A stretch of 64,000 bases of DNA from Candidatus Eiseniibacteriota bacterium. Lineage in GTDB: Bacteria > Eisenbacteria > RBG-16-71-46. The DNA lies in assembly GCA_963717505.1 (NCBI GenBank), contig OY970342.1:864001-928000 (forward strand), given 5' to 3'. Each line of letters starts with the position of its first letter. The first letter of the stretch is position 1. Shown here one piece after another: positions 40,268-51,386 of this stretch. The position numbers and the translations under genes were made by a program. The notes beneath the pieces were generated by a model. That model did not search any database. It had not been told where the DNA came from and was given only the letters and a program-made list of their open reading frames with translations.

Positions 40268-40897
40268 ATGAATCCGAAGTCGGTCGCAGTCGGGGGTCGC
40301 TCATGGCTCAAGTGGTGGATGGCGGTGCTGCTGGTGGGGACCGGCATTGGCGCATTCGCAGCGGTCTCCTACACCGGACTCAAGCAGGCGCCGCCCAAGG
40401 CGTCCCAGGCGCCAAAGATGTCGCGCTCCGAGCTGATCGCGCGCGGCAAACAGATCTCGTTCTCGTCGGCATGCCACGACTGCCACACGCCCGGCGGGCT
40501 CTACGGCAATCCGGACACTCTGCGGATGCTGTCGGGCAGCGAGCTGGGCTGGGAAGGCCCTTGGGGAGTCACCTACCCCCGGAACCTGACACCGGACCGT
40601 GAGACCGGAATCCCGAGCTGGACCGAGGATGACATCATCGCCGCGTTCCGGACCGGGCACCGTCCCGACAAGTCGCCGATCCTGCCGCCCATGCCGTGGC
40701 CCGTGTACGGACACATGAGCGACGACGATGCGCGCGCGCTGGCGGCGTTCATCAAGAGTCTGCCGCCGATCCATCACCAGGTCCCCGATCGAGTTGCCCC
40801 CGGGGTTGCGGTCAACGGTCCTCGGTTGACCTTCCCGCCACCGCCGGCGTGGGACGTGCAGCACTTTCCCAAGCAGCTCGCGGCGAACACAGACTGA
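40268..40897 (+). CDS. Membrane-anchored cytochrome c
   Basis: CHDCHTP, NLTPD.ETGI, PPMPW. GAGGAGG RBS. Confidence 0.88.
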   Translation: MNPKSVAVGGRSWLKWWMAVLLVGTGIGAFAAVSYTGLKQAPPKASQAPKMSRSELIARGKQISFSSACHDCHTPGGLYGNPDTLRMLSGSELGWEGPWGVTYPRNLTPDRETGIPSWTEDDIIAAFRTGHRPDKSPILPPMPWPVYGHMSDDDARALAAFIKSLPPIHHQVPDRVAPGVAVNGPRLTFPPPPAWDVQHFPKQLAANTD

Positions 40898-40912
40898 AGT
40901 CGGCTTCACGGC

Positions 40913-40948
40913 CAGGGGGCGGGCTTTCAGGCCCGCCCTCTGCTTTTT
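40913..40948 (+). terminator. Rho-independent terminator
   Basis: CAGGGGGCGGGC / GCCCGCCCTCTG stem followed by CTTTTT. Confidence 0.75.
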
Positions 40949-41009
40949 GGTCTGCACTGGCCCCGGGCTCACCCGCCGTCCGACCGATGCCGATGCTATC
41001 TTCGCGACG

Positions 41010-42410
41010 ATGAGCACGGCCCCCGCGCATTCCACGAAACCCGACGCGCCCTCCACCTCCTGGTACGACGGCGAGGACGCTCCCGGTCGCCGCGACCTCG
41101 ACACCTGCATCCACTGCGGCCTGTGCCTCACCGCGTGCCCCACCTACCGCGAGCTCAAGATCGAGCCTGACTCGCCGCGCGGCCGCATTTACCTGATGCG
41201 CGGGCTCGCCGACGGCCGGATCGTGCCGAGTGAGCCGATGCTCGAGCATCTCGACAACTGCCTCGGCTGCCGGGCGTGCGAGACCGTGTGCCCCGCCGGC
41301 GTGCCCTACGGTCGCATGCTCGAGGAAGCCCGCGGGCAGTTGAACCGCCGCGCGGTGCGCGGCACGCCGGCGCGCATGCTCGGCGAATGGGCGCTCAAGT
41401 CGGTGGTCGCTCATCGCGGCCGGATGCACGCGGTAGTCGACCTCTTGCGCCTCGGCCAGGGCGGCCCAATCGGTGCATTCATGCGCTCGCCCGCAGCCGC
41501 GCGCTTGCTGCCGCGCTTCGCGATTCAAGGCTTCGCTATGACGCCGCCGTTGGCGCCGCGTGCGGAGCGTCGGCTCGAATCGCTGGCGAGCGCGTTGCCG
41601 TCCGGCGCGCGCATGGAATCGGGTGCCAGGTCCCTCGTGTTCCACCCCGCCGGGACGCCCAAGGCCAATGTCGCGTACTTCACCACGTGCGTGCTCGAGA
41701 CCATGTTCCCTGCCATCAATCGGGAGTCGGTGCGCTTGCTGGTGCTCGCTGGCTGTCGAGTGGAGGTGCCTCATCGGCAGGAGTGCTGCGGCGCCCTGCA
41801 CGCCCACGCCGGGCTCCGGCGCAACGCCAAGCGCTTGGCCGCCGACAATGTGAAGGCCATTGGCGGCGACTTCGACGCGATCGTCAACGCTTCGGCCGGT
41901 TGCGGTGCTGCGATGCGCGACTACGGCCATCTGTTGCATGGCGAAGCCGGGGCGTCGGCATTCGCAACCAAGGTGCGCGACGTGTCGGAGGTACTCGCGA
42001 ACGTCGGCCTGCCCCCGGACGCACGGCCGCTCACGTCCGAGCGTGATGGATCGCGCCCCCTGCGCGTCGCGTATCACGACCCCTGTCATCTGGCGCACGC
42101 GCAGAACGTCCGCTCGCAGCCGCGGTCCCTCTTGCGTGCGCTCCCGGGCGTCGAACTGGTCGACCTGCCGAATGCCGACTGGTGCTGCGGCAGCGCCGGG
42201 GTCTACAACCTGACTCACCCCGACATGGCCGATCGCCAGCTCGAGCGCAAGCTCGACGCGATCTCCGCCGTGAACCCCGAGGTCGTGGTCGCGTCGAATC
42301 CTGGTTGCGCGCTACACATCGCGCGCGGCATGAACGGGCGCGGCATGAAAGCGCCGGTGGCGCACCTGGTCGAAGTCGTGGGGCGCGCCTTCCCGACCCG
42401 TTCGTCATGA
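41010..42410 (+). CDS. glcF: Glycolate oxidase Fe-S subunit GlcF-like
   Basis: CIHCGLCLTACP, CLGCRACETVCP, two CCG domains, YHDPCHL. Confidence 0.88.
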   Translation: MSTAPAHSTKPDAPSTSWYDGEDAPGRRDLDTCIHCGLCLTACPTYRELKIEPDSPRGRIYLMRGLADGRIVPSEPMLEHLDNCLGCRACETVCPAGVPYGRMLEEARGQLNRRAVRGTPARMLGEWALKSVVAHRGRMHAVVDLLRLGQGGPIGAFMRSPAAARLLPRFAIQGFAMTPPLAPRAERRLESLASALPSGARMESGARSLVFHPAGTPKANVAYFTTCVLETMFPAINRESVRLLVLAGCRVEVPHRQECCGALHAHAGLRRNAKRLAADNVKAIGGDFDAIVNASAGCGAAMRDYGHLLHGEAGASAFATKVRDVSEVLANVGLPPDARPLTSERDGSRPLRVAYHDPCHLAHAQNVRSQPRSLLRALPGVELVDLPNADWCCGSAGVYNLTHPDMADRQLERKLDAISAVNPEVVVASNPGCALHIARGMNGRGMKAPVAHLVEVVGRAFPTRSS

Positions 42411-43746
42411 CCGTCGCCGAGTCACCCCCATCGCCGAAAACGCGTCGCACACGCGTCGCGAAGTCGTCCTCGCTCGAATTCAGTCGCGAAGCCATTGCTG
42501 CCTTGTTCCTCGAGCGACAGTATCTCGACCGGCCGCGGGCGCGCCGGCTGACCGCCGCGAACCTCGCCCGTTACGCTGAAGATGTCGGCGGCATCCAGCT
42601 CGACTCGATCAACGTGCTCGAGCGCGCGCACTACCTCACCGTTTGGAGCCGCTTCGGCGCCTACGATCGCGCGCGGCTCGACCGACTCGTCCACAAGGAT
42701 CGTGTGCTGTTCGAGTACTGGGCGCACGCGGCATGCCTGGTGCCGCATGCGCATCTGGTCGCGTGGCGGCGCGCGATGGCCGACTACGTGATCGGGCACA
42801 CCGGCTGGCGTAGTTGGCTGCGTAAGAACGCTCGCGTGGTCGCGGCGGTCGAGAACGAGATCACGACCCGCGGCCCGCTGGCCAATGCCGACTTTCGCGA
42901 AGCGCGCCCCGCGGGTGCTTCGGGATGGTGGAACTGGAAGCCCGCCACTCACGCGCTGCACGTTCTGTGGATGAGCGGGCGCATCCTGGTCCACTCGCGA
43001 CGTCACTTTCACAAGCGCTACGACGTGCCGACCGCGTGCTGCCCGACTTTCCCGCCGAGCCGGCGATGACGCACGAAGAGTTCCTGCGCTGGCACGTGCT
43101 CCAGTCGTTGCGCGCCATGGGTGCCGCTACCGACCTGGACCTGAGCAAGTACCTCACGTTTCCGCGCATGCCGGTGGGTGCGCGGCGTCGTGCGATCGAG
43201 GCGCTGGTCAAGAGCGGCGACGTGATCGCCGTGTCGATGCTTGGGGATCGGCGACGCTGGCTCGCGCGCCGCGAGGATCTCGATGCACTTGCGGCTGCGG
43301 GGCGGCGGCGCCGTGGCAGCACGGGCACCACGCTGCTCTCGCCCTTCGACTCGCTGCTCTGGCATCGCGAGCGCGTGAAGACCCTGTTCGGGTTCGACTA
43401 CCGGATCGAGGTCTACACGCCCGGACACAAACGCGTGCACGGCTACTACACGCTGCCGATCCTCCACGACGGCATGCTGGTCGGGCGGGTCGACGCGAAG
43501 AACCACCGTGAGGCCGGGCGGCTCGAGGTGCGATCGGTGCACATCGAGCCGTGGGTGGCCGGCGGGAAGCAGGCGCCGGGAGCCGTGTGGGTCACGCCAA
43601 GTGAGGCGTCGCTGTCTGCGGGAATCGCCGACGCCGTGTGGTCGCTGGCGGAGTTCACTGGGGCTTCGGAGGTGACGGTGAAACGAGTGAGCCCCGCGGG
43701 CTGGCGAAAGAGCGTTGCGGGAGCGATTCGCGCCAACGCCGCGTGA
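42407..43746 (+). CDS. YcaQ/AlkZ-like winged-helix DNA crosslink-repair glycosylase family, frameshift near 43029
   Basis: IQLDSINVL.RAH, FEYWAH.A, LLSPFDSL.W.R.R...LFGFDYRIEVYTP..KR..GYY.LP. Confidence 0.85.
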
Positions 43747-43752
43747 TGCAGA

Positions 43753-44607
43753 TCAGTTCGCAACCGTGAACTCCAGCACCATCCCGACGTCGGCGTGGGT
43801 CGCCGTGTGCACGTTCGGCTCGGCCGGCATGTCCATGTTGCACCAGGCCACGTAACGGCCCGGCACGAACTCACGCCGAATCCAGACCTCGCGCCCCGAA
43901 TCGTGGCTGTCGAGCACGCCGCCGAGCGCCGTAGCGGGCGGCGGTGTCTTGCGCCCCCCTGCGTACCACGCTCGCAGGTCCGCGAGATCGTAGCCTTCGT
44001 GCAGCCGGTACAAGTCCATTTCGTGCATGGACGGACCGGGGAATTCCACGCGGATCGTGCGCGTACCCGCGTGGATCGCACGATCGAGCTCGAAGCTGAA
44101 GTCGACCAGCCGGATGGTCGCATCCACAGTGGGCGGCGTGTCGTTTTCCAGCCGGTGGCTGACCACGAATTCATGCAGAGGTCCCTGCGCGACGTGTAGC
44201 GGGTAGGAACCGTCCGCGCCCGGGTGACGGAACCAGCAGGCCAGAATGTGACGCCCGGTCGACAGCTCGACCCACATGTCGAGGGTCTCGCCCGGCGAGG
44301 TCAAACCCGGTCCCGAGCAGTCGATCGCACCTTCCGGGAACGCGGTGCCTCCGGCGACGGCCGCCGCGTAGTCGGCTGGCGTCATTCCGTTGGGCAGCCG
44401 GATGAGCATCGCCTCGTGAATCGTGGTGCCGCGATTCTCGAACCGCAGGTGACGCACACCGGCCAGGACCGAGTCGGGGCCCTCATGGCCGGCGTCGGTG
44501 GCGACGATGCTCAGCGGTCCCGCGGGCACCTCCGGTTTCCGATCCGGAGCCGCCTGACAGCTGGTGATCAGCAGACATGCAACACCCACCACTGCTCTAC
44601 GGCTCAT
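43753..44607 (-). CDS. Hypothetical lipoprotein with two His/Cys/Met-containing (cupredoxin-like?) repeats
   Basis: Lipobox-like ITSC. HE...C...H pattern occurs twice (IHEA..LACW..LHV; MHEM..AWCN..THADVGM). Confidence 0.6.
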   Translation of the reverse strand: MSRRAVVGVACLLITSCQAAPDRKPEVPAGPLSIVATDAGHEGPDSVLAGVRHLRFENRGTTIHEAMLIRLPNGMTPADYAAAVAGGTAFPEGAIDCSGPGLTSPGETLDMWVELSTGRHILACWFRHPGADGSYPLHVAQGPLHEFVVSHRLENDTPPTVDATIRLVDFSFELDRAIHAGTRTIRVEFPGPSMHEMDLYRLHEGYDLADLRAWYAGGRKTPPPATALGGVLDSHDSGREVWIRREFVPGRYVAWCNMDMPAEPNVHTATHADVGMVLEFTVAN

Positions 44608-45975
44608 CGCTGACCCTCCGATCCGCGGCCACGTAGCTCTCGGCGTCCAACCCCAATCCCCGGTGCAGAAGCCGCACGACCTTGTCCGCGTCCTTCTCGG
44701 CCACCACGAACGACAGATTCACGCGCGACGCTCCCTGCGAGATCATCTCGACCGGCACGCCGACGCCGCCGACCAGCGTGAACAAATGCCCGGCGAGGCC
44801 GGGATGTCGCGGCGCTCCCTCGCCGACCACCGCGACCACGGCCAGGTCGCGCTTGATCTCGACGCGGCCGATGCCTTCGAGCTCGGCGATCGCGCCCTCG
44901 ATTCGCGACGTGTCGTCGACCGTGACCGAGATCGAGACCTCGGAGGTGGTCACCAGGTCGACCACCACGTGATGGCGGGCGAACACTTCGAACACGCGGG
45001 CCAGGAAGCCGTGGGCGAGCAACATGCGGGTCGACGCGATGGTGATCGCGGTGATGCCGCGTTTGCCGGCGATCGACTTCACGTGCCAGGTCGAATCGTC
45101 GCGCACGGCGTCGGGCAGGATCAACGTGCCCGCGTCCTCGGGTCGCGCGGTGTTGAGCACGCGCACGGGGATCTCACGCTCGATCGCGGGCAGCAGCGTC
45201 TTGGGATGCAACACGCGTGCGCCGAAGTACGCCAGCTCGCTGGCCTCGGCGAACGACAGCCGCGGCACCACGCGCGCTTCGGAAACCACGCGCGGATCAG
45301 CGGACAGCATGCCGCTGGTGTCGGTCCAGATCTGGATCTCGTCGGCGCCCAGTGCGGCGCCGATCAAAGCCGCGCTGTAGTCCGAGCCGCCGCGGCCGAG
45401 CGTGGTCACGCGCCCGTCGAGGGTGGCGCCGGTGAACCCGGTGACGACGGGAACGGGACCGCGGTTCCCGAGTCCGTCACGCAGCCGCGACGCGGCTTCC
45501 GGCAACGGATGCGCGGCGCCAAAGCGGTCGTCGGTGATCAGACCCGCATCACCGGCGAACATCGCCGTGGCGTCGACACCGGCGCCGCGCAACCCGGCGG
45601 CAAACAGCCCGGCGGCCAGTCGCTCGCCGTGCGCGAGAATGCAGTCGCGCGCTTCGCCGTCGACCCGCTGGTCCGAGAAACCGCGCCCGACGGCATTGGC
45701 ATCGCGCGCCAGCGCTTCGAGCGCGCCGTCCAGGATGCCGGCCGGCAGGCCCACCTCCGCTGCGAATCGGCGATGACGTTCGAATGTCTCGGACAGGATC
45801 CCGTCCCGCCGCGCCGGCTCGCGACACCACTCGACCAGCGCGTTGGTCACCCCGGCGAGCGCACTGACCACGACCACGGGGTCGCTGGCCGCCGCGCGCG
45901 CGACCACGGCGACCGCCGAATCGGAAATGCTGCGGGGACACCGACCGAGGTGCCACCGAACTTGAGGACGAGCAC
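44597..45975 (-). CDS. lysC: Aspartate kinase with ACT domains, frameshift near 45925-45940
   Basis: VLKFGGTSVG lies in a different frame from VVVSALAGVTN. TTLGRGGSDYSA, ELAYFGARVLHP. Confidence 0.9.
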
Positions 45976-45979
45976 GCCG

Positions 45980-48622
45980 CTACCTGCGCTTGAGTTCCTG
46001 ATTCCAGTTGACCACCACGTTGGTGGTCGGCAGCGCTTCGCTGCCGAGCGGCGCGACGATGTAGAACCGCTTGCCGTCGGCCGACACGTCATAGTGGTTG
46101 CGGATGCCGGTCGGGAACAGGATCCGTGCGGTGAACAACCGCTGGGGCACGCCGGCCTCGAACGTCGGCTGGGTCTGGATCGGCACGGCCATCATCTGCT
46201 GATCGGGGCCCAGGTAGAAGATCTCGCGCGAGTCGCCGCGCCAGCGCGCGTCCTGCCCGCCGGCGGTCGAGATCTGCCACTTGCCGGATCGGTCGGGGAA
46301 CGACTCGACGTAGATTTCCGGCCGCCCGGACTCGTCGGACGTGTAGCAGAGCCACTTGCCGTCGGGCGACAGCAGCGCTTGATCCTGATCGAACGGTCCA
46401 TCGAGCACCGCATAGGGCTTGCGCTCGCCATTCAGAGGCAGCGCCCAGACGTCGCGGCCGGTACTGGTGCCCGTCAGCGAATACAGAACCAGGCCCCCGT
46501 CGCGTGACCAGCTGGTCGGAACGATTTCGGGTGCCGAGGCCAGCAATAGTTCCTTGCCGCCGGCGCCGCTCGCGTTCTTGACGTAGAGCCCGGCATCTGC
46601 GCCCGCGGCGTAGTAGAGGATTCTCTTGCCGTCGGCCGACCACACCGGGTAGTTCTCGTTGCCAGGTTCGAATGTGAGTCTCGACGTCACGCCGCGGGTG
46701 AGATCCACCACCCAGATGTCGCGGGTTCCGGTTTTTTCGTCGATGATCCGAACGGCCACCTTGCGTTCGTCGGGCGACAACCACGGAATCAACGCCCCCG
46801 GGGGAGAAGTCACGGTGCCGAGGTCTCGACCCTCACGGTCCACACGCACCAGCTGTCCGATCTGCGCCTGGCGGGTCGAGAACACCAGCACGCCTTCTTG
46901 CGAGACCGAAAAGTCCGAGCCACCCACCGCGCTCGTGGTCACTTCCTCGGCGATCGGGATCGGCTCGCCTTGGAGCTTGTGCGCGCCGGCCGAGAATGGC
47001 TGCGCTACCAGGGTGCCGCTGCGCGAGTAGACGAGGTAGCCCGGCGGCGCGTACTGCGCGAGCGATTCGCAGGGCCCGACGTCGACATACTTGTCCGAGC
47101 CGAGCTTGCCGACCTTGATCGTCGAACCCTCGCCGAACGCGAGGAACAGGAAGTGCTCCCCGTCGGGGAGGAAGTCGGGCCAGCCAACGACCGTGAAGCC
47201 CTTGAGCGAGTCGCCGACCACGGCGGGCGTGGCGATGCCGCCGGCCGCCGAGACGCGATTGATGGGATCGCGGTCGCGACCGTCGAACAGAATGACTCCC
47301 TTCTTGCCCCACGAGCCGTCGGCGCCGGTCGGCGCGTCGCAAATCACGACCGGGGGCGCGCCCGAGACTTCGACCTTCTTCAACTTGCCGCCGGCGAAGA
47401 ACCCGAGGAATCGACTGTCCGGCGACCAGAAGGGCCGCGTCGTCCCCTCGGTGCCCGCGAGCGGGCGCGCGCTCATCCCGTTCATCGGGCGCACCCAGAT
47501 GCGCGTCGCTCCGGTCGAATCGGTCGCGCTGTAGGCGAGCGTCTTGCCATCGGGCGAGATGCGCGGTGTATCCATGAACTGAATCGCGGTCGGCGGCACG
47601 ATCTCGAACCGCAGGACTTTGGGCGGCGCGGGCCGCAGGACGTAGTAGCCGGTGGCGAGCGGAATCAGCGCCAGCGGTCGATGCGATCGCGACGACGCGC
47701 GTCCAGCGCTCCTGCGCGCGACGTTTCGCCGCGACCGGCGCCGGGACTCCAGCCTGCGAGCCCGCCTCGGCCACCCACTCGAGCTGCAACTTCACGTCGT
47801 GGGCGTTCTGGTAGCGACGATCCGGATCCTTGGCCAGGCAGGTCTTGACCACGCGGTCGAGGCTCGGCGGGATCATCGGCTGGACGACGCTCACCGGACG
47901 CGGCTCTTCCTTCATGATCGCAGCCGATCAGCGACGCCTGACTCTTGCCGACAAACGCTTTCTGTCCGGTCGCCATCTCGTAGAGCACCGCGCCGAGTGC
48001 GAAGATGTCGCTGCGCGCGTCGGCCTCTCGCCCCTCGAGCTGCTCCGGCGACATGTACTGGAAGGTGCCGACGATCGAGCCCTCGGCGGTCAGCGGCTGG
48101 GTCATGGTCGGCGAGCTGGTCAGGTCGCTGGTCGGACCGAGCACGCTGCGGAGCGTGCCAGACCGAAGTCGAGCAGCTTGGCTCCGGACTTGGTGATCAT
48201 GATGTTGCCGGGCTTCAAGTCCCGGTGGATCACGCCCTGCCGGTGCGCCTTCTCGAGCGCTTCGGCGATCTGAATGCCGTAGCGCAGCACGTCCTCCGAT
48301 CGGCATGCGCCACGCGTCGAGACGCGCCGCCAGCGTTTCGCCCTCGAGCATCTCCATGACCAGGTAGTCGACGCCGCTTCTCGTGGCCGACGTCGTGGAG
48401 CGTGCAGATGTGGGGGTGATTGAGGGCGCTGATCGCCCGGGCCTCGCGATCGAACCGGGCGCGGGCCTCGGGGGTGGCGGCCAGGTGTGCGGGCAGCACC
48501 TTGATCGCCACGTCGCGCCCGAGGCGCGAGTCGTGTGCGCGGAAGACCTCCCCCATCCCGCCTGCGCCTATCGCGGACTGGATCTCGTAGGGCCCGAGCT
48601 GGGTACCGACGGTGACGGTCAT
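45980..48622 (-). CDS. Ser/Thr protein kinase with C-terminal PD40/TolB-like propeller, about 5 frameshifts
   Basis: [31 protein letters not shown] and SPDGK repeats are spread over ORFs 48230-48622, 48120-48674, 47665-48357, 46833-47915 and 45980-47599. Confidence 0.85.
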
Positions 48623-48766
48623 GGTCGGGCACTCTAGCGGCCCGCGATGATGGATGAAAGCAGCGGAGCCTCATTGAGTGCTGGCCTTGGACGTGGGAGC
48701 CCCATCTACAATTGGGCGGCTTTCTCGCGCACCTCGCACCCAGCGCCCCCGTTTGGAGATCCCGCC

Positions 48767-51363
48767 ATGCGCCGTTCGACCGCTTTGTTCTCGCTCTCGA
48801 CGTTGGTCCTGGCCGGCGCCGGCCTGTGGACCTTCACCCTGGAGCGACCGCAGCCGTTGCCGCTCAAGCAGGTCCTGGAGACCCCGGAGACCGCGCGAGC
48901 GATGAGCAAGCGCCCGAGCCAGTGGTGGTTCGAGCAGCGCGCGTTCCCGAGCGGGTTCATCCCGGCCGACGTGGTCGACGAAGTGCGCCAGCGCGCGTTC
49001 ATCGAGTACCAGCAGGCCCAGCTCTCCACCAGTTCCGGTCCGCTGATCTGGGAGCTGGTCGGACCCACCAACATCCACGGGCGCATCACGGCGCTGGCCG
49101 GAACGCCCGACGCCACGACGTTCTATGCTGGTGCTGCCAACGGTGGCGTGTGGAAGTCGGCCAACGGCGGGATCTCCTGGGTCTCCGGTGTTCGACGAGT
49201 TCAGCAGCTATTCGATCGGCGACATCCAGCTCGACCCGACCAATGCGAACATCGTGTGGGTGGGAACCGGCGAGTCGAATCCGGCGATCGACACCTATGA
49301 CGGCAACGGCCTCTACAGGTCGGTCGACGGTGGCGTCAATTGGGAATTCGTCGGCTTGTCGCAGGTGCGGCGCGTGGCGCGCATCGCCATCGATTCGACC
49401 GACGTCAATCGCATGTACGTCGCGGGCGGCGGGTCCTTGTTCCAGAGCGACACCGACGGCGGCATCTGGCGCACGACCGACGGTGGCGTGAATTGGGAGC
49501 ACGTCCTGTTCGCCGACGCCTCGACCGTCGGCACCGACGTCGCGATCAACCCCGCGCACCCCGAGTCGCTGCACGCCGCGATGTGGGATCTCGGCGCCAG
49601 CCCGACGTCGGAGTCCGCGATCTACCGGAGCACCGACTACGGCGCGACCTGGAGCCGTCTCGGTCCGGCCCACGGCCTGCCGGCGTCCGAACGACAGCAC
49701 GGATCGCATTTCGATCGCCTACGCCAGGTCGCGGCCGACCACGATCTACGCTCAGATCATCGGCGGTCGAGGACCTGGCGTACGTCGGCCGCGGCATGTG
49801 GCGCAGCGACAACGGCGGCGCGACCTGGACCAAGCGCGACGCCGGAACCACGTTCCGCGACGGGTTCGGAGGTTTCGGCTGGTACTTCGGCACCATGGCG
49901 GTGAGCCCGAACAACCCCGAGTTCTCGTACGCGCTCGGCGTGCAGACGATGCGGTCGACCAACGGCGGGACCAGCTACTTCTATCAGAATGGCACGACCC
50001 TGCACGTGGACCAGCACGCGGTGTTCATCCAGCCGTCCAACAATCAACGCGTGTTCATCGGCAGCGACGGCGGCTTCTACCGCACGCTGAATGGCGGCTC
50101 GTCGTGGAGCAAGCTCGGCGCGCTGCCGATCACCCAGTTCTACGCGATCACCGTGAATCCGCAGGACAACCTGCAGCGCTTCGGCGGCACCCAGGACAAC
50201 AACACGCTGACCGGCACCACCAACCCCGGCACCTGGTCGGCCATACTGGGCGGGGACGGGTTCTACTGCATCGTTGACCACACCAACCCAGCGGTGGTCT
50301 TCGCAGAGTTCCAGAACATGTGCAGTGGTACCGGCCCTCGGCGCAACGGGGCACAGCCGACCGGATTCAACCCGGGCGATCGCTACAACTGGAACGCGCC
50401 CTACGTGATGGATCCGACCGACCACAACATCCTGCTGGCCGGCTCGCACCGGATCTACAAGAGTGTCGACAACGGCGTTTCCTACACGGTGGTCAGCGGC
50501 GACCTGGCGTTCGCACCCGGCACCTCGCGGCCCAACGGCACGCTCAGCACGATCACCATCTCGCCGGTCGACAACCAGATCTATTACACCGGCTCGAACA
50601 ACGGAAAAGTGTGGCGATCGACCGATGGCGGCGCCAACTGGACCGACAAGACCGGCACGCTGCCGGTGCGCGCCATCACCCGGGTGACCGCGGATCCGTT
50701 CGACGCGAACACCATCTTCGTCTCGCTCTCGGGGTTCAACGGCAGCAACGAGGAGCCGGTTCACCTCTACAAGAGCACCGACCTGGGCGACACCTGGGTC
50801 AACGTCTCGGGCAACCTGCCCAACGCGCCGGTCAACGACATCCTGATCGACAACGTCGATCCGCAGCGCTGGTACGCCGGCACCGATCTCGGGGTGTGGA
50901 CCACGCAGAACGGCGGCTCGACCTGGTACCCACTCGGCCAGGGCCTGCCGTTCCAGGCGGTGTTCGATCTCTACCTGCACGAGGGCGCGCGCGAGTTGTA
51001 CGCCGGCACCCATGGCCGCTCGATGTGGAAGGTCAACCTGTCCGAGTTGCCGACCGCGGTCGACGCCGGCCCGGCGCCGAGGCTCGCACTGTCCGCGCCG
51101 AGTCCGAACCCGAGCCGGGGCGTGTCACATTTCAGCTTGAGCCTCGATCGCGAAGCGCGGGTGAACGTGTCGGTGTTCGACGCCCTGGGGCGGCGAACCG
51201 GCGTCATTCACGAGGGCACCTTGTCGGCGGGCCGTCACTCTCTTGCCTGGGACGGGCGTGACGCGGGGGGCCGCGCCGCCAGGTCGGGGGTCTACTTCCT
51301 GCGCGCCGAGAGCGACGACGGCATCGTCCTGACGAAGCGGATCGTCCGAACGCAGTGCAGTAG
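48767..51363 (+). CDS. BNR/Asp-box (VPS10/sortilin-like) repeat secreted protein with FlgD-Ig C-terminus, frameshifted; exact stop uncertain
   Basis: GPTNI.GR, repeated S.DGG..W, HVDQH, GGDG, THGRS, PNP...WDGRD...GVYF. Shifts near 49186, 49695, 49775 and possibly 51355. Confidence 0.8.
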
Positions 51364-51386
51364 ATGTCGCACCAGGAGCCTTGCCG

